Positions 61,754 through 64,000 of a DNA stretch of 64,000 bases are shown here, piece by piece (position 1 is the first letter of the stretch; each line of letters begins with the position of its first letter). Made by a program: the position numbers and the translations under genes. The stretch is from Candidatus Poribacteria bacterium (GTDB lineage: Bacteria; Poribacteria; WGA-4E; WGA-3G). The stretch lies in NCBI GenBank assembly GCA_963665235.2, contig CAXXLX010000001.1:2368001-2432000 (forward strand). The letters are read 5' to 3'. Below the pieces are notes generated by a model. That model was not told where the DNA came from and made no database searches. It saw nothing but the letters and a program-made list of their open reading frames with translations.

Positions 61754-62042
61754 AACACCTTTTTCGCTACATTCACACAAGTTGCCCCCTATTCAAAGCT
61801 GATATCTTCTTGCCGTTCATTTGTGATTGCTGTAGTTAAAAAAGTTCAACTTTTACCGAAAATTGTGGTATAATTAAGGTACCCCACATTGGATGAGAAG
61901 ACGAACCTTTGGTATTCTTTTGGTATCCTTTACCGAAGGTTCGCCTTGTCCAAGTGGCATAGCGAACTTTGCGAATTGTGAGAATACTTTGATTTAGATA
62001 ACGCTCGGATAAACACGCCCAACAAACCTACGTGCATAACTC

Positions 62043-62624
62043 ATGGAGGCTCTCATGGCATCTAGTGCAGCAAGGACTTATCTGACCCCCGAGGAGTACC
62101 TCGCTTTTGAACGTAAAGCGACAACTAAACATGAGTACCTCGCGGGAGAAATAGTCGCAATGTCCGGGGCAAGTTTTGCCCATAATTTCATCACCGGGGA
62201 TATCTTCGGTGAGCTCCGTGCTCAGTTGCAAGGCGGAAAGTGTAAAGCTGCCACCAGTGATATGCGCGTCAAAGTCAGTGAAACTGGAGCGTACTTCTAC
62301 CCGGATGTTGTCATTTTCTGCGGTGAACCTCAAGCAGAGGATAACAGCTCGGACACACTTCTCAATCCAACTGTCATCATAAAGGTGCTTTCTCCCTCAA
62401 CAGAGGCACGTGACCGAGGCGAGAAATTCTGGCATTATCAGCAACTCGCGTCCTTGCAAGAGTACATCCTTGTTTCTCAAGACCGTATTTGTGTCGAACA
62501 TCATCTTCGCGAAGGAATCGATTGGCTGCGAACCGAATTTCGGGAGCTTGAAGAGGTAATCTCGCTCACTTCAATTGAGTGCAAGTTGTACCTGCGCGAC
62601 ATCTACAGTAGCGTCGATTTGTAG
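62043..62624 (+). CDS. Uma2-family endonuclease-fold protein
   Basis: LTPEEYLAFE, HEY..GEIVAMSGAS..H, YPDV, VLSPST...DRGEK, LQEYILVSQ. Confidence 0.92.
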   Translation: MEALMASSAARTYLTPEEYLAFERKATTKHEYLAGEIVAMSGASFAHNFITGDIFGELRAQLQGGKCKAATSDMRVKVSETGAYFYPDVVIFCGEPQAEDNSSDTLLNPTVIIKVLSPSTEARDRGEKFWHYQQLASLQEYILVSQDRICVEHHLREGIDWLRTEFRELEEVISLTSIECKLYLRDIYSSVDL

Positions 62625-62730
62625 CCTAATCTGTTAGATTGTGCATATCAGGACGCAAGCTAATAGGCAGTGTCCAAATCAACTGACAATGGACGAATAC
62701 CCTACTAATTGGAATAATAAGGAGAAAACA

Positions 62731-63780
62731 GTGATAAAAATTGGAATAGTCGGAATCGGATTTATGGGAATGATTCACTACTACGGTATCCAGCGTATCA
62801 AAGGGGCAGAAGTTGTCGCTATCTGCACCCGGGATAAGAAAAAATTGGCTGGCGATTGGACCGGCATCCAAGGTAATTTCGGTCCCCGTGGCGGCATGGA
62901 AGACCTCTCTCACATCCGAAAATACAGTGAGATTGACGAACTGCTCGCCGATGAAGAGGTTGAGCTGGTCGATATCTGCCTACCGACACACCTCCACAAA
63001 TCTGTTAGCATGGCATCCCTCAACGCGGGAAAACACACGCTCGTCGAAAAACCTATCTCCATTGATATTGACGATGCCAATGAGATAGTTCAACTTGCTG
63101 AAGAGACAGAAAAACTTTTTATGGTAGCGCATGTGCTTCCCTTCTTTGCGGAGTATGCTTACGCGAAACAGCTGGTTGAAGGTGGAAAATATGGCGAGCT
63201 GCTCGGCGCACATTTCAAGCGAATTATTTCAAAACCGAATTGGTCACGAGATATTGCCGATATTGAAAAAAGCGGTGGGCCCGGCATAGATTTACATATT
63301 CACGATACGCATTTCATTCAACTGCTTTGTGGGGTCCCCGATGCCGTATTTTCACAAGGCAAGTTGGCAGGCGGTAATTTCGTCGATTATTTGACTACAC
63401 AATACATCTACAACGATAAGGAGCTTGCCGTGAGTTGTTCATCGGGGGCAATTTCACAAAGTGGGAGAGCCTTCTCACACGGGTTTGAACTCTATCTCGA
63501 AAAGGCTACGCTGCTATTCGATTTCGCTACACTTGGCGGAGAGCCGGTCACCGCCGTACCGCTCACACTTCTCACCGAGGATGGCGAGGTCCAGCGAGTG
63601 GATTTAGGGGAAGTTGACCCAATTGATGCCTTTACCGCGGAGATTCAATACGCCGTCGATGCTGTCGATTGGGAAGATGAGCCTACCGCGCTGTCCGGCG
63701 TTGGAGCGAGAGATGCGCTCCTGCTCTGCTATAAAGAAGCGGAATCTGTTAAAACCGGAGAAATCGTGCCGATTCACTAA
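62731..63780 (+). CDS. Gfo/Idh/MocA oxidoreductase
   Basis: IGIVGIGFMG, DICLPT, VEKP, SGG..IDLHIHD; GTG start with an AAGGAG RBS. Confidence 0.9.
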   Translation: MIKIGIVGIGFMGMIHYYGIQRIKGAEVVAICTRDKKKLAGDWTGIQGNFGPRGGMEDLSHIRKYSEIDELLADEEVELVDICLPTHLHKSVSMASLNAGKHTLVEKPISIDIDDANEIVQLAEETEKLFMVAHVLPFFAEYAYAKQLVEGGKYGELLGAHFKRIISKPNWSRDIADIEKSGGPGIDLHIHDTHFIQLLCGVPDAVFSQGKLAGGNFVDYLTTQYIYNDKELAVSCSSGAISQSGRAFSHGFELYLEKATLLFDFATLGGEPVTAVPLTLLTEDGEVQRVDLGEVDPIDAFTAEIQYAVDAVDWEDEPTALSGVGARDALLLCYKEAESVKTGEIVPIH

Positions 63781-63815
63781 GTCGCGCGCTCCATCTTCTT
63801 GGGACAAATTGCGAT

Positions 63816-64000
63816 ATGAACGCATTTTATTCCGTTAGCAACATCGGAGAACTCTATGTTCCCACCGCATGTCGAGACGTTGTTTTTGCGCGCGCAGCTG
63901 TAAAACGGTTTGCACATCAGGATTTAGAACAGTACAACCGGATTTTCACACATATCCAGCGCGGGGGTGTCGCTGTAGTAGAAGGAAAATGGGAGCAAAT
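63816..64000 (+). CDS. Hypothetical protein, N-terminal fragment (runs off the window)
   Basis: Open frame MNAFYSVSNIGELYVP... to the window end. Confidence 0.4.
   Translation, partial: MNAFYSVSNIGELYVPTACRDVVFARAAVKRFAHQDLEQYNRIFTHIQRGGVAVVEGKWEQ

Overview
Bacterial genomic window, probably from a Candidatus Poribacteria-like sponge symbiont. This is an inference from three PhyH dioxygenases, a WD40 protein with an LPxGAKARLGKG leader, TPR/YCF48/propeller proteins, Uma2, Rpn-like tails and dense intergenic repeats. Housekeeping content: lon (partial), an aapJQMP-type amino-acid ABC transporter, a Met/Cys gamma-lyase, ogt, lepA-lepB-selB-tRNA-Sec, lipA, dapB, dapL, purH and several oxidoreductases. 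Mobile content: an IS200/IS605 element whose TnpB has a rearranged RuvC-II site and whose tnpA is split by an IS630, a transposase-less IS605-like derivative, two MITE families carrying REP-like hairpins, and further REP-type repeats. A decayed ECF-sigma island lies at about 39.7-44.5 kb. The best candidate for an undescribed system is the tightly coupled operon at 57982-61753: two DUF488 proteins (the first ending in a beta-clamp-like QLSMF motif) and a RecQ helicase fused to an N-terminal dual-OB-like domain with tandem HRDCs. All calls are by eye from motifs; no searches were run.
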